From assembly GCF_036321535.1 (NCBI RefSeq), contig NC_087437.1, positions 30,258,001-30,322,000 on the forward strand: a stretch of 64,000 bases of DNA, read 5' to 3'. Both the position numbers and the translations under genes were made by a program. The DNA is from Camelus dromedarius. Lineage: Eukaryota. The number at the start of each line of letters is the position of its first letter. Position 1 is the stretch's first letter. The notes under the pieces are model-generated. The model searched no databases. It saw only the letters and a list, made by a program, of their open reading frames with translations, and was not told the origin of the DNA. Shown here piece after piece: positions 13,730-26,450 of this stretch.

Positions 13730-14500
13730 ATTTTTTATTCATTGAATTGATACATATTCAGTACCTAACAGATGAAAAACACCTTTGAAATATTATATCT
13801 TTAAATATTAATAAGGCATGTTACATAATCTTCAGAAGCTGGCCTAGTGGAGGAAAAGGATGTATGAAATGTAACTGATGTTATAGGATGAATGCTGTAA
13901 GAGAGATCGGTACAGAGTATTGGGAACACAAAGCATGACTTGACTTGGGTGAAGGAGAGAAGAGAGAAGGGATAAGACGCGGCAGGCTTTCCAAAGGAAG
14001 TGCCATTTGATCAGCACCTTGATGATTTTGTATAAGAAGAACAGAGGGATAAAGAGTTCTCTTATGGAAGGAGTTCTATAAAAGATAAATGAGAGAAGTT
14101 AATCTAAACAAAAATCATAGCATACTCAGATTGAGATATGGCAAGTATTTTGATGTGACCAGATAAGGTCACATCAGAGAAGCATGAGGAAAAATAAGTT
14201 GGTTAGGGCTAGGCTATAAGGAGTTTCTGTTCCACACTAAGAAGTATGGTTTTGTTCTTATAGACACTTAGAGGCTACTGAATATTTAAGAGAGGAAATA
14301 AATATTGATGCATATATGTTTTAGAAAGCTAAATAGGATATGTATAGATTAAAAATGTAAGAAATTGGAAGTAGGGAAACTAGTCAGGAGCGATGAGTTC
14401 AGGTGAGTGATGGTTAAAGCTGGAGTTGGGCAGTATTAGTGTTACTAGAAAGAAAGAGAAATTGCAGAGCTTTGTTTTTACCAACTGAATATGGAGGGGA
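13730..14500 (-). mobile_element. LINE-2 3' region
   Basis: Antisense L2 3' end (tttattcattgaattgatacatattcagtacct) followed by purine-rich L2 body. Confidence 0.65.
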
Positions 14501-16623
14501 AAAAGAAAGTCATAATCCAGTGTAGTTTCCAATACCATAGAGATACAAAATTTTTCATTAGTACTGTCTGTCCCTGAAAGTTATATGAATAACTGGAAAA
14601 AATTATTGACTAATGAAATTTTATTGGGTATGGAAATAATTCAAGCAAAACAGATGTTAATCTAGATTCTAATTTTAACCAAAATTTTATTAGGTCAAAA
14701 TATTTTTTTTAAAGAATGACAACACAAAAGCCCATCCTTGTTTAAATAATTGCAACTTTTAAAGGAATAGAGAGGCTGAGTCCAGACTGGTGATGGTGTT
14801 GTTGATATTGGAGACAGTCATTTAGATAGTCCTGTAGGAGGCACAAATAAAAGATGAAATATACTACACCACGCATCAGAGTTTTAAAAGAAGGAGTTCC
14901 GTAGTAGATAAGTGAGGAGACTTGGCTGGATGTATACTGTAAATAAAAAAAACTGTAGAAAGAGTGGATGAAGACAAGACTTTACCATTACACTGTATAA
15001 TGTACTAGACATTTCATACTAGAGAAAAGTTTTATAAATGTCATAAAATGAAAATATTTAGCTGAAAATTAAAACTTACTTCAATATTTTAAAAAATTAA
15101 TACTTAGGAAATATCTTACAAATGTAGTATCTCTCCCCAAACTAATTCCATTTCCCATGTTTCTGTTTCCCTAAATCTTGGAGTAGTGCCATTTTTCTAC
15201 AAGCCCCATCTCATCCCAATTTCTGGGTTGAGCCAATAATGGGTGAGGAATTCTTAACCACCTCAATCTTTCCATTTCCATTCTAGTGAGGTTTAGCACT
15301 TCTTATCCCAATGGCGTTAGTGTCTCAGAGCAGACCACTTCCAGGCTCCTCTGCTGATGATTAAATTCAAGTTCAGAACCAAGTGCCCCAGCAACAGTTA
15401 CTTGTTCTGCTTCCTGAACTGCAACTTGTCCTGCGCCATAAGTCTTATTTCTCAGAGGTGAGCTTTTTGTCTGGTTCCTTCCCCATATTTTTGTCATTTT
15501 CTCTTCCCTGGACTGCAGTTCTCCTTCTCTATAGCTTAGAGCTGTGTCCCTGGACCCAAATTTAGTACCTGGAATTCTAATTTCCTATGGATAGACATCC
15601 AGGCAATGACTAGTAGCTCCTGCCCCAAGATTACCCCATCCTGAGCATTGCCCATCTGCTAGAACCCCTTACTAGTTGTCAACTACTTTCTTCCATTGTG
15701 CTCAATATATTTGTACTCTCTCTTCACTGTGCTTTGCCTCTCCAGGTGCTCCCCCTTTGTTAAGTTTTGCACCCAGTGTAGTCTTTACCCTCTACCTCAC
15801 CATTTGATGAGGAATAAGATCCAGCCCCAGTCCTGGTTCTCTCACCCTCTTTACCTTCCTTGATTTCCAGTAAAGAGACATGAAAGGAGATGAAAGAGGC
15901 AAAGAGTAAGGAGAGCCAGTAAGAAAGACAGGAAAAAAGAGGGAGAGTAGACATAAGCTGCTTTTAATAAACTATAAGCACACAGTCAGTCTTCTTACTC
16001 CCACTCTGCAGCCCCAGGCCTGCAGTGACAGATGCCCAGTTCTCCCCAAATGAACCAGTTGGCATTGTTCAGGACCCAGAAGGAACTATGGGGGCTGACT
16101 AAGGAGCTTTTGTGAGCCTGGCCCCACTGTTATCAGATGTGATAGGAATCCCTGACCCCTTACCCACAGCATGCCGAGGAGCATGGGCCATCTTCTAAAC
16201 ACAATCCTGGCTCTACTTTCTACTCTAATCTATTGATGCATCATCAAATATTGTTTGAAGTGGTCCAGCAGGGAGAAAGAACAATATGGATATTGGCAGT
16301 GAGAATAGATGTAGCCCACCTATCTTTAAATAAGGAGATGAAGACTTGATAGCTCAATATTGACATACTTAGTTAACAAAAAGATAATTAGTGTAGTTTT
16401 GATATACTGTTAAATAAATAAAGATAAGGTCCCTTGGAGAACATTTTGGATTCATTTCCCTTCTTCAGTTAACAGATAGCTTTATGTGACCAGGCTGCTA
16501 ACAGAATGCTCTCTTGGATTAATCTTCATCTAAATGTGAAAAATTATAATTATCAGCAAAGCTGAAGGTTCTATTCACTCTTGTTAAATTACAGAGTTTT
16601 TTGTTTGTTATTTCTTTTATTTT

Positions 16624-16952
16624 ACCAGCAAAAAATGGGTTTATTTGGAAACAGCAGAGGAATTGCAATTTGGGACAAGCAGGCTGTAACAAAAGCCATA
16701 GATAAGCCCAACAGAGGAGATGAATGGTTATTTTATAGAGAAAAATGAGGAAGTTGAGAGTGGTTTTTTTTGAATGAAATCCCATTGGAAAATGTGAAAG
16801 TTCAGGGTGACAACAGTTTCTCATTGGCTAAGTTCCTGGAATAGCTGATTTCTTATAGGGGATGCAATGTACATCTTTTCCTGTTGGGCTGGCAATTGAT
16901 GATTCTTTCCTGTAGAAGATTCTTCTTTTGTAATTTGCAACTGATGGTTGAC
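16624..16952 (-). mobile_element. ERV1-type LTR fragment (LTR39-like) lacking U5
   Basis: Minus strand has CCAAT boxes, a TATAAAA-like element and aataaacccattttttgctggt, as in recalled laurasiatherian ERV1 LTR R regions; no terminal CA or U5. Confidence 0.65.
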
Positions 16953-17088
16953 CTGGTCTGGGGTGGGGTCGAGCCCCTGGGGTCAGGAAGCAGGGGCTCC
17001 CTGCCAAGGAGGAGCAGTGGGACAGCTACCCAGGGTCCGCGCCAAGCCCAGAAGGCCCCGCGATCCTCGTAGCCTAAAGGCCGTCAGG

Positions 17089-17108
17089 GCAGCCAGCAGG
17101 GGGCGCAG
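17089..17108 (+). promoter_or_regulatory. CTCF binding motif
   Basis: gcagCCAGCAGGGGGCGCag, essentially the consensus core CCASYAGRKGGCRS; occupancy unknown. Confidence 0.65.
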
Positions 17109-17689
17109 GTGGGCACAACGATGAAAGGAAATTTGGGGAGTCCCGCCGGTGTGGAAGCCCGACTCTTCCTTTTGCCATGGCCACCGCCGAGCTCAGAGTA
17201 AATTACACAATCAAATTTAATTATACAATAAAACATGAGTATATTATCCATGTGAAACACTAAAACGTTGATAAAGTACCATTTAATCATCTCTATCCTA
17301 TTTACTTTTAAAACTATAAAATTTATTGCGTTTAGGTTGTTTCTTTGAGTTTCCTCTTCACAATTATTTTATTATCCATTTGGTACATTACACAAAGTGG
17401 GCTTGAAGAACCTCTGGATAGGTTTTTTTTTTTTTTTTTTTTTATCCTCTCAAGATGATTTTAAGTTTGCCTTAGGTAACCCAGTTTTGTTTGTTGTGTT
17501 ATCCTTGTTGGTAATTTGCAGCTCTGTGAGAGAAAATGTCAGAAAGGCAGAGGGAGATGGTGTGACAGCTCACAGCTGGATATTGTTTGAGCTGTCCCCC
17601 TGAAGTGAAGGAATGCATATAGATGGAGTCTTTGCTAAGAAAGTTATACAGAGACATTGTTTAGTTGACAAAAATCTCAACTTGACTAG

Positions 17690-18164
17690 TAATTATTTTC
17701 CTAGAACTACTTTAATGAGTCACCATTAACTAGATGGCTTAAAACAATGGAAATTTATTGTCTCACAGTTCTGGAGGCTAGAAGTCCAAAATCAAGGGAT
17801 CAAGAGGGTTGTTCTCACTCTAAAACCTATAGGGGAGTAGTTTCTTGCCTCTTAGTTTGTGGTGGTTTGCGGGCAGTCTTTAGTATTCCTTGGCTTGTAG
17901 ATCCGTCACATCAATCCTCTGTCTTCACGATGTGTTCTCCTGATGTCTCTGCACGTTGTCTTTCCTTTGTGCCTGTCTATTTTTGTGCCCAAGTTTTTGC
18001 TTTTCACAAGGACACTAGTTGCACTGGATTAGGACACACTCTAATGACTTCTTAACTTGACTGCATCGGCAAAGACCATGTTTCCAAAAAAGTTGACATT
18101 TTGAGGTACTTGAAGTTAGAACTTCAACATATCTTTTATGGGGGACACAACTCAACCCGTAACA
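17690..18164 (-). mobile_element. MaLR solo LTR (MLT1B/C-like)
   Basis: Minus strand starts TGTTACGGGTTGAGTTGTGTCCCC; plus-strand ggcttaaaacaatggaaatttattgtctcacagttctggaggctagaagtcc; 5-bp TSD ACTAG at 17685-17689 and 18165-18169. Confidence 0.92.
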
Positions 18165-21100
18165 ACTAGTAAGACAAAAATAGATAATTCTTTAAGTTAT
18201 CAAAAAATAAAATATTCTTGTCTAATAAGAGAAATTAAGGGCAAGTGGGCTTTCAATTAAATAACAAAGACTTGTTTTCCAAAGGAAGGAAATCATATTA
18301 AGTGTACATGAAGTTAATTAGAATTTTAATGGCACTCTGATGTTTTGAAAACTATACTGAGCGATAAAAAAAATTGATACCTCAAAAGATTCAATACATT
18401 ACAGAAAATGGGAAACCATTAAACTAATACCTCTTTTAAAACTCATTATACTACATGATTATTATGGAGAGTTATTATTCCATTACTCAGATAAGACTAA
18501 CCTGTAAAGAATTCAGGTATACCTTTGCTTTAGTGAATGTCCACTTACTTCCTCCTGAAAAACTAAATCAACTTAAATGATACTGTTTCTATTTCAGAAG
18601 TTTGTAGTAAGTTAGGAAGTATATAATTTTATCCATAAATTGATTTCTGATAAATTTGTGTTTGGGCACAGCTGGGCAAGATAGATGCAATTATAATTGC
18701 CTCTGCAGAAGAGCCACATATATGGATGATTGATTCTGTGTATTGTCAGTAAGTCCATTTTATTAACTTGTGATATGGCACAGTACCAGTGTAATGGCTA
18801 GTTTCCACATTATATTTGGGCATTGAGTCTGTCAGGAAGCAATCCTGACTGATTCACAAGCATTTACTGTGGACCCCATCAATTTCACACTTTTTTCAGC
18901 AATGCTTTGTTCATACTTCCTATCCAGGAAGCTCAGTCACCTTGAATCCACGAACCGATACTGTAGTGTCCTCTAGTTTACAAAAACCAGATTGCAAATA
19001 TGTTCTCTGTTCAGAAGCACCTAGGGTTTTCATACCCTGCCATCCCACATCCCACATGCCTAAATCTAAAATTCTAGGTTCTTACTAAACTTACCCCAGC
19101 CTACTCACTATGGGTCCAAGCCTGTTCTATAATGGAAACTTTGAGCTTTTATTATGTGAAGTCATCTCTACTGGCCAAATCTGCAATTTTATTTCAGGGT
19201 CCTTAAGTCCTTAATCCCTCTACTCTCTTAGACTTCTTGTATTTCCTTCTAGACACCAGAGCCATCCTCTTAATTCCCTCCTTACGCCCTGAACACTTGC
19301 TATGTTTTGAATTGGAACAATTAGGGGGCTCACTCTACTGAACCATCAATTCTGTGGGAGGATATATGCTGAGCTCCAAATGGCCAATTTACCGATGGAT
19401 TTAGAATCACAATCCATGGTTATGTTGTAGATTTTTGAGGCTTTAATTGGAATGCCATTCAATATGAACAAATTGAGACATGATTATATAAAGAAAGTTT
19501 AGTATTGCAACCAAATAAACTCAGAGTTCATCCATCAACAGTTATTTTGTTCTAGATTAACTGGAAATTAATGGCAAACAGCTAATTTAAATGACTAAAA
19601 GGCTTTTACTTTGCCAAAACAATGTGTTCACATAATCTTGCAGAAAAGAAGAGAACTAAACAAAAAGGATGTTATTCTGAAGTATCTCTGAAGATTGCTA
19701 AATACCTTCTCCCCTTTTAAAATCTGTGTCTTTAAGCTATACCTCTCAGGGTGTTCCGCTTAAGCAAGGCCTTCCTGGAAAGGGAAAGAGGAGCAAAAAC
19801 CAGGGCTCTCAGATACCTTCTTCCAGCCAAGTGAGCAAGATAAGTGGTGGGAGACTTTGTAGAACAGAAAGCTGTTCTGATGTCCAAAGGCAAAGTCTTG
19901 GGTATCCAGCTCATGGCTATGCACTTGTACACTCCCACTTTCCCTCCACAGGGTATCCCTATTCCCTGACTTATCAGCAATTAAAAAAACACCTTTTGTT
20001 TACTGAGTACTCTTGGGAGCCATTCCCATACTATAGGCTATTTATCCTTCTTGCTTAACCTAATCAAGATGCATTGCATAAATTGTAGTTTTGGTGATGC
20101 ATGTGTGTGGAGTCGGGGAAAGGTTAAAGAGAAAAAAATAGCTTTGGAATACTGGTCATTTTAGGAGCAATCAAGATAGCTTAGGGCCATCAGTAGCAAG
20201 AGCTGGAGGTGTAAATGGGTCACGTGAGGTACTGGGTCCAACAGAGGGAGTGAGAGTCAATTTAAGCATTGTCCAGTTCTCTCTGGTGTGCACCCTCTCA
20301 AGTGTGAATTTGGTGCTATTGCCCTTTGAAAAGAGACAGAGAAAGGTCTGTCTAGTCCAGATGGGGCATTTCTTGCCTGCTCCTTCACAGTAAGACTGGA
20401 GTCTGTGACAGAGGAGCCCTCCTCATGCCCTTGTTCTCCAGACCTAGTTCTTGATTTCCAATATCTTACTAGAGGTTCCTGTCACTCTGACATGACCCCC
20501 TTGTGACATGAACAGAACCAGGAGAGTATTTTGTAGGAAGTGTCTTGCAGGGGCTGAAAGAGTGCATGTAGGATTCTTGATCATCCAGAGCCCTGCAAGC
20601 CGCTTACACCTTGTGTGGATCATGGTACAGGTTGTTTAGTTTAGTTAACCAGAGAGGGAAGCAGAGTGGTAAGATAAACCCGTCTTGACAGAAATTCAAG
20701 TGTGCCAGGAGAAATAAAACAAAACATTTAAAATTTTTCTCTAAGTCTGCAGTTTAATTCCAAGTCATTATCTCCTTGAGTTGATGGAATGTTCACTTGT
20801 GTCCCTCTAGTCTCTGGGTCTCATGCAGGACCAAAACCCCTGGGGAGGTCTTACCAGGCACTGAGGTACTCTCCAGACATTTTATCACCAAGACACCCTT
20901 TGTACCAGCCTGCATATTCCCTTCACATCTCATATTTTCAATGCTTCTAAGCTATAAATGAAGTATAAAAATTAATAGCTCAATAAATAATCCTTCTACA
21001 TCATTAAACAAGTTTTCAGGTTTGGGTCTTAATATTTACTACTAGGCATAGTATTCAAAATATTACCTTAGACTCTTTCTATAAATTCTAATATGGCTGA

Positions 21101-23034
21101 CTGGGGGAAAAAATCCTTTAATAGGATTTTTAGTTTTTTACTGACTTTGCTGGCAATCTTCCTGGGTGGACATGGACACAAATTTGATTAATCTTACATT
21201 TTATAAAAGCCTTTTAAGTACTGGGAAATGTTTCATATTTATTTATACTCGAATCTATAGTTTAATAAGTGATACTGAGTTGAGATAACCTGACTTGGGC
21301 ATTGGAGAAACGTAGGAGATGTGGCTTGACCTGATGTTAAATTCAGAACTCGGTAGAAACTGCACCACACCTCCCCAGTCTGTGTCATAGGGACGGAACC
21401 CTTACAGCTGAAGATCTTTTGATGGAACCTGTAACCTACACACTCAAATTGTATGTAGAATGCTGTGTTTAATTGTGTTTCTCTGCGTAATGTATCTATA
21501 GCTTCCCTTATACCTCACAATTTTCATAGAAGTTCTATATAATTACACCATTCTTCCAAGGGTTCCCTGTACTTAGTAAATTTTCATGCTTGATTATGTT
21601 ACTCAGCACTCTCAAATGTTGAGTTCAAGTGGATTTAGTATCATAATGTGATCCTTATAAAACTGATCATTAAATTGGGTGAAGAAGCATTATTTTTGCT
21701 AGTGGAATCTAGATAACCAAAAATCTGGCTTGCAGTTCTTGTAGTTACTAACATAAATTCTTTTGGATTCTGAGGTGCTTTAGTGTTTTTGTCTAGAAAA
21801 TAGGAACTGTATATTATTCAACTCTTTAAGTCATAAAAATGAATTGTGATGCATAAAGTTATTGCAATTCTATGAAATAAAATTTGACTTCAAAGTCTTT
21901 CCATTATCAAGGACTCAGAATCACATCTCAGTTATGTAGCTTTTATTTCAAGGAAGAATAGGGTTGTTAAATGTGATCTTGTCCACATATTACATTCCCA
22001 TTGGTTCAAGAGATTGCTGCCTGCAACAAATGTGGAACAATTTAGTAGAAGTGTTAAGAGCTGGCTGAAAGGGAATTTTAAAATATAGAGGATAATTTAA
22101 CAAAATTGAAATCTTTTATAATAGCACTGCAAAGATTAAAATAATTATAGCACATGATAGCTCTGTCACACTTTATCATTCCATTCTTAACATCTGGAGA
22201 TATTATAAAGTAGACTTGGTATTCTACTATAATTTCTGCCAGCATGTGCTATTATCTCTTTCCATCAACGGTGCAAGGCAAAGCTTGCTCCAGCACATTA
22301 AGTCATTCTCTAGTGCATGAGTTCTTCCAGTAATTTCAGAGCAGGTAATTTAATGGTGCTCTAGCACTCTCCTGTGACCAGCTGAGCGTAACACCTCAAG
22401 GTATTCCATACTTTATTCTGATAAGTGGACTTAATGACATTAATTTACAAAGGATTCTAAAATTCTCTATAACCTGTCTCTTTCTTCTTTATTCATGTTT
22501 GCTTATGCATATACACCCACATCTGACTGAGTTTTAAAGTGCTTTCTTGTTGAAAGCAAAATATTTCCCTTTCATATGATGCTGAAATAATGTTTAATTA
22601 CTGCATTCTTGGTCATTAAACCAGTGAGTCTATAGGGGAAAACTGGGAGAAATGAAAGAAATCCTTCTAAGACTTTTAATCAAAATATTTGAAATGTATA
22701 TTAGCACTTGTCATAGTAAAATTGTTATTTAATTGCATTAATTATATTAAAGAATCCACCATACTTGTAGCTGGCTTATTTTGGGATGACTTAGCAGAAT
22801 TAAAAGATACAGAAAATAATAATTTATTTTTTCCAGAGTGTTAAAATATGAAGTTTTAGATTTAAAAAAATTACTGAATATTCTCAAGCATTACACAGGT
22901 ACTCAGTGAACTGAAACATGTTTTTAATACATTACAAATAACGTTCATTAAAATGATTTTATGTTGGAAATAAGTGGCTTAATGTCTGCCTCAAAATTTC
23001 ATCTACTTTTCTATATCGAGAAAACTTGAAAATA

Positions 23035-23362
23035 TTTTTTAATTGAAGTATAGTTGATGTACAATGTACAATATAGCGATTCACAATTTTTATTAAAGGT
23101 TATACTCCATTTATAGTTATTATAAAATATTGGCTATATTCTGTATATTGTACAATATATCCTTATAACTTATTTATACACCATAGCTTGTACCTCTTAA
23201 TCCTCTACATCTACATTGCCCTCCCCTCGTCCTTCTCCCCACTGGTAACTACTAGTTTGTTCTCTATATATGTGAGTCTACTTATTTTTTGTTACATTCA
23301 CTAGTTTGTTGTATTTTTTAGATTCCACACATAAATGATATCATATAGAATTTCTCTTTCTC
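23035..23362 (-). mobile_element. L1 3' end, 5'-truncated (cetartiodactyl-type)
   Basis: Poly-T, aattgaagtatagttgatgtacaat, ctggtaactactagtttgttctctat...gattccacacataaatgata; TSD-like ttgaaaatatttt / ttaaaaatatttt, the right copy followed by AA. Confidence 0.88.
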
Positions 23363-25184
23363 AATTTTAAAAATATTTTAAAAAATATTCATTTAATCAT
23401 GAAGTCATTCTATATCTCTTATTTCTTCCGTAAGTAGAAATGAGAATGCCAAAAAGAAAAAGAAAATAGAAAAGCCTGTCCTTTTTTATTATTTGGGTCT
23501 TTATAGTAATGAATGACAAATAAGTATTGTTGATACTCTATTTATTAAATGAGCCTGCTGAATGATTTCTTGGTGAAACCATCAGTGTGTGTGGAAAGAA
23601 TAAAAAAACAGAATCCACTTCTATTGTCTGCCCAACTCCACATTCATCTCTGATTCACGTGAATTACTCAGACCCATCTCACCTAGAATGCCTCCTCTCT
23701 GCTTATCTCATCTTAGCTATGCCTTATTCTTCCTTCTTAAGCTGACCAGATTCTCTCCTCTTCCACAAAGTGTTCCTTCAACAGTTCACTTCAGAGTTAT
23801 TTTTCAACAGTGAATTTTTACCACTATTGGTCTATTTTACTCTTAAAGCAATCAATTATGTTCTGCATTATGGTATTTAACAGTGTGGGGAATTTTATTC
23901 ACCTGAATTTGAGAAGAGCTGTTGTTCAAATGATAAGCAATCAGAAAAGAGAACTGAAAGCATGTCCCTGGGGGCTCTCCTCAGTTGCAGAGGGTGGGTG
24001 TGGTGGGGTGGGTCATGTGCTGTGAATGTGAGGAACAGAGCAAAGAGGCAAAAAAAAGGAGTGGATGGAGGAAAATATGGCAGCTAGGAGAATGTGGGTA
24101 GTGATGGAAGAGCTGCCACGACAGTGAAATCCTGGAGCAAAACTGAAATATCAGAACAAGATATTTAGGAAATTTTGTAATGCACTATATTATCTAATCT
24201 TCTGTGCTATTTCTATAAGAAGACCCAGCAAAAGAACAGCATTATTTTTCAAGGCTATTAAAATTAGATGTCTGTTTTGAATGCACTGAGACAAGGTACA
24301 AGGAGATGCAGTTTTATAAGGCTTATAAAGGTTGTTAATAAGTCTTGCATTTTTTTCACCTGCACAAATATTTAATTCTTTTTATGGGTTTATGATGTAT
24401 CCCTTATTTATACTTATGAGAAGAAGAAATGTATTTTGCTGCCTTACAATACATAGTCTGAAAAACAGGACTAATCACATGATAAATGCTTTCAGAGAAA
24501 ATTTTTGAATAAAGGATCTCTCAAAGTCAAAGTTAATTTAGAAATAGAGTTACATTATGAAAAATTTAGAACATATTTAACAAGGCAATGAGGTGTCAAG
24601 GTATCACTTTTACTAAGGGTTTTTTTTGCTTGTGTGTTTTTTGTTTTTTTTCCTGAATTTGCAATCTCAAGGGACTTCTTAGCTAAAATATACAGACAAA
24701 TTTTTAATTCATGGCAAGAAAAAGTAAGAAGTGCTTAATCTGCTACTTTAGAAGAAAAATAAGAGGAAAGATAAGCAGCAGTTGATAGTTGACATCAATT
24801 CTCTTTTGAGCTTAGGACATTTTTAGTTTAGTTCTTTTATTCAAATATCAATGCTGCCTGAATCTATTCTGGGCACATTGTGCCTGGGATGAAAGAACAT
24901 CCCCGCAAAATGTGGCTAGAACATCAAGATGTATTTTTACTCCTAAAAGCCAGACAGTAGAATACAGTGGATAGTTTCTTATGATGGGTGACTTTATGTA
25001 AGACAAATTAAAATCTTTCCATCTTCTCTTGTTAATGAAACAGTGAATCATGGTCTGAGCATCTGAGGAATAGAAAGGAGTGGGAGGCACCAGGATCTAT
25101 TCCTGGACCTATCCCTGATTCATGCAATATATTTGGGCAAATCTCTAAATACCTCTGTGTCTTAGCATCATTAGAACATTGATT

Positions 25185-26050
25185 GATTCATTCATTCATT
25201 CGTACAACATTAGTGAGTAACCATAAGGTGCCCACATTTAAGGATGAAAAGGTATAATTTCTAGATATCCACAGTCTGAAAAGAGATAAATATACAAACA
25301 AGTCATTAAAATTCTTTGTGACTAGGAATATAACACGGGTGCTTAAGATGCAGTCGTGGAACAGAGGAATATGTGGGTTAGAAGGGCCAGGGGAGTGTTC
25401 CAAGAGGAAGAAGAAACACTTGCATGGGCCTGAAGAGTATGTGAGAGTTTACTAGGAGTGGTAGGGAGAGCAGGACTCTCAGTACAAGGAACAATATGCT
25501 CAAACACATGGAAACATGAAAGAACATTTTTGATACAGAGTACTGTAAATAGTTTAACGTGATGGCATACAGTGTGTTGGATTGAGGGGAGGGAAGCAAT
25601 GGAGGATAAAATCAGAGAGATAAAAGCCAAATACTGGAGCATCTTGCATGCTATGCAAATAATTTAGTTAAATGTTTTAATCAGGATATTAATATGATCT
25701 GATTTCTTTTTTTTTAGAAAGATTACTTTCTCATTATGTGACAAATAGACCACAAGATACAGAGACTAAAGTTAGGCAATTTAGAAGGAAATTGCAATAG
25801 TCCAGACAGATAATGATGAGCGCCTGCCCCAAAGCAATGGGAATAAAGACACTGGGTCAGATCTTAATGATGATAAGGAAGTGAAATGGACAAGAGAGCT
25901 ATGGAACCATTAAAAATGGGAGGGATGAGGAGAAGGGTTTAATCTTGAAGGCTTCCCAGATTTCTTCTTCAGCTGGTAGATACTGGCTCATTTCATTAAC
26001 TTACTATTGGGAGAAAGACAATGGATTAATATTTGTATGTGTTGAATTTT
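25185..26050 (-). mobile_element. LINE-2 3' region
   Basis: (TTCA)n L2 tail on the antisense strand, followed by purine-rich L2 body. Confidence 0.75.
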
Positions 26051-26450
26051 AAGTAATAAGCAAAAAATTTTGGAAAATGTCATCTTTCTTTGTCAATGGA
26101 ATTTTCAAAAGATTAATTCACTTTCTAGAGTCTTAAGGTGATGCCAATGACCTTTACATTTCCAGACTTTCCTCTCACAGAAAAGTTTACTGATGTTCCC
26201 TTTCTAAAACTTTCCTTCTGCTCATTTTTCCCTCTTTTATATTAATTTTGTCTCATAGCAGATAACTGTGTGGCAGTCCAGAATTACTACTGGAAAATTT
26301 GGAGAGTGACATCCAAAAATATCTTCATAGGAAGCCACTCTGGACTTAACTTGACCAATAACTTCTGTAAATTTTTTTAAGAAATTTGTTTTCTTATTTT
26401 TGTTGATATGCTAAATGAGCATTTAGGCACTATTTGCCCATGAGCTTTCT

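Larger units (their letters stand above)
16597..17198 (-). pseudogene. Probable L1-mobilised retrocopy of a chimeric transcript: GC/CpG-rich 5' segment, LTR-derived 3' segment and A-rich tail
   Basis: Minus strand: GC-rich 17198-16953, LTR-like 16952-16624, AATAAA at 16645-16640, A-rich tail 16623-16597; flanking direct repeats TAAATTACAGAG (16585-16596) and TAAATTACACAA (17199-17210). Confidence 0.6.
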
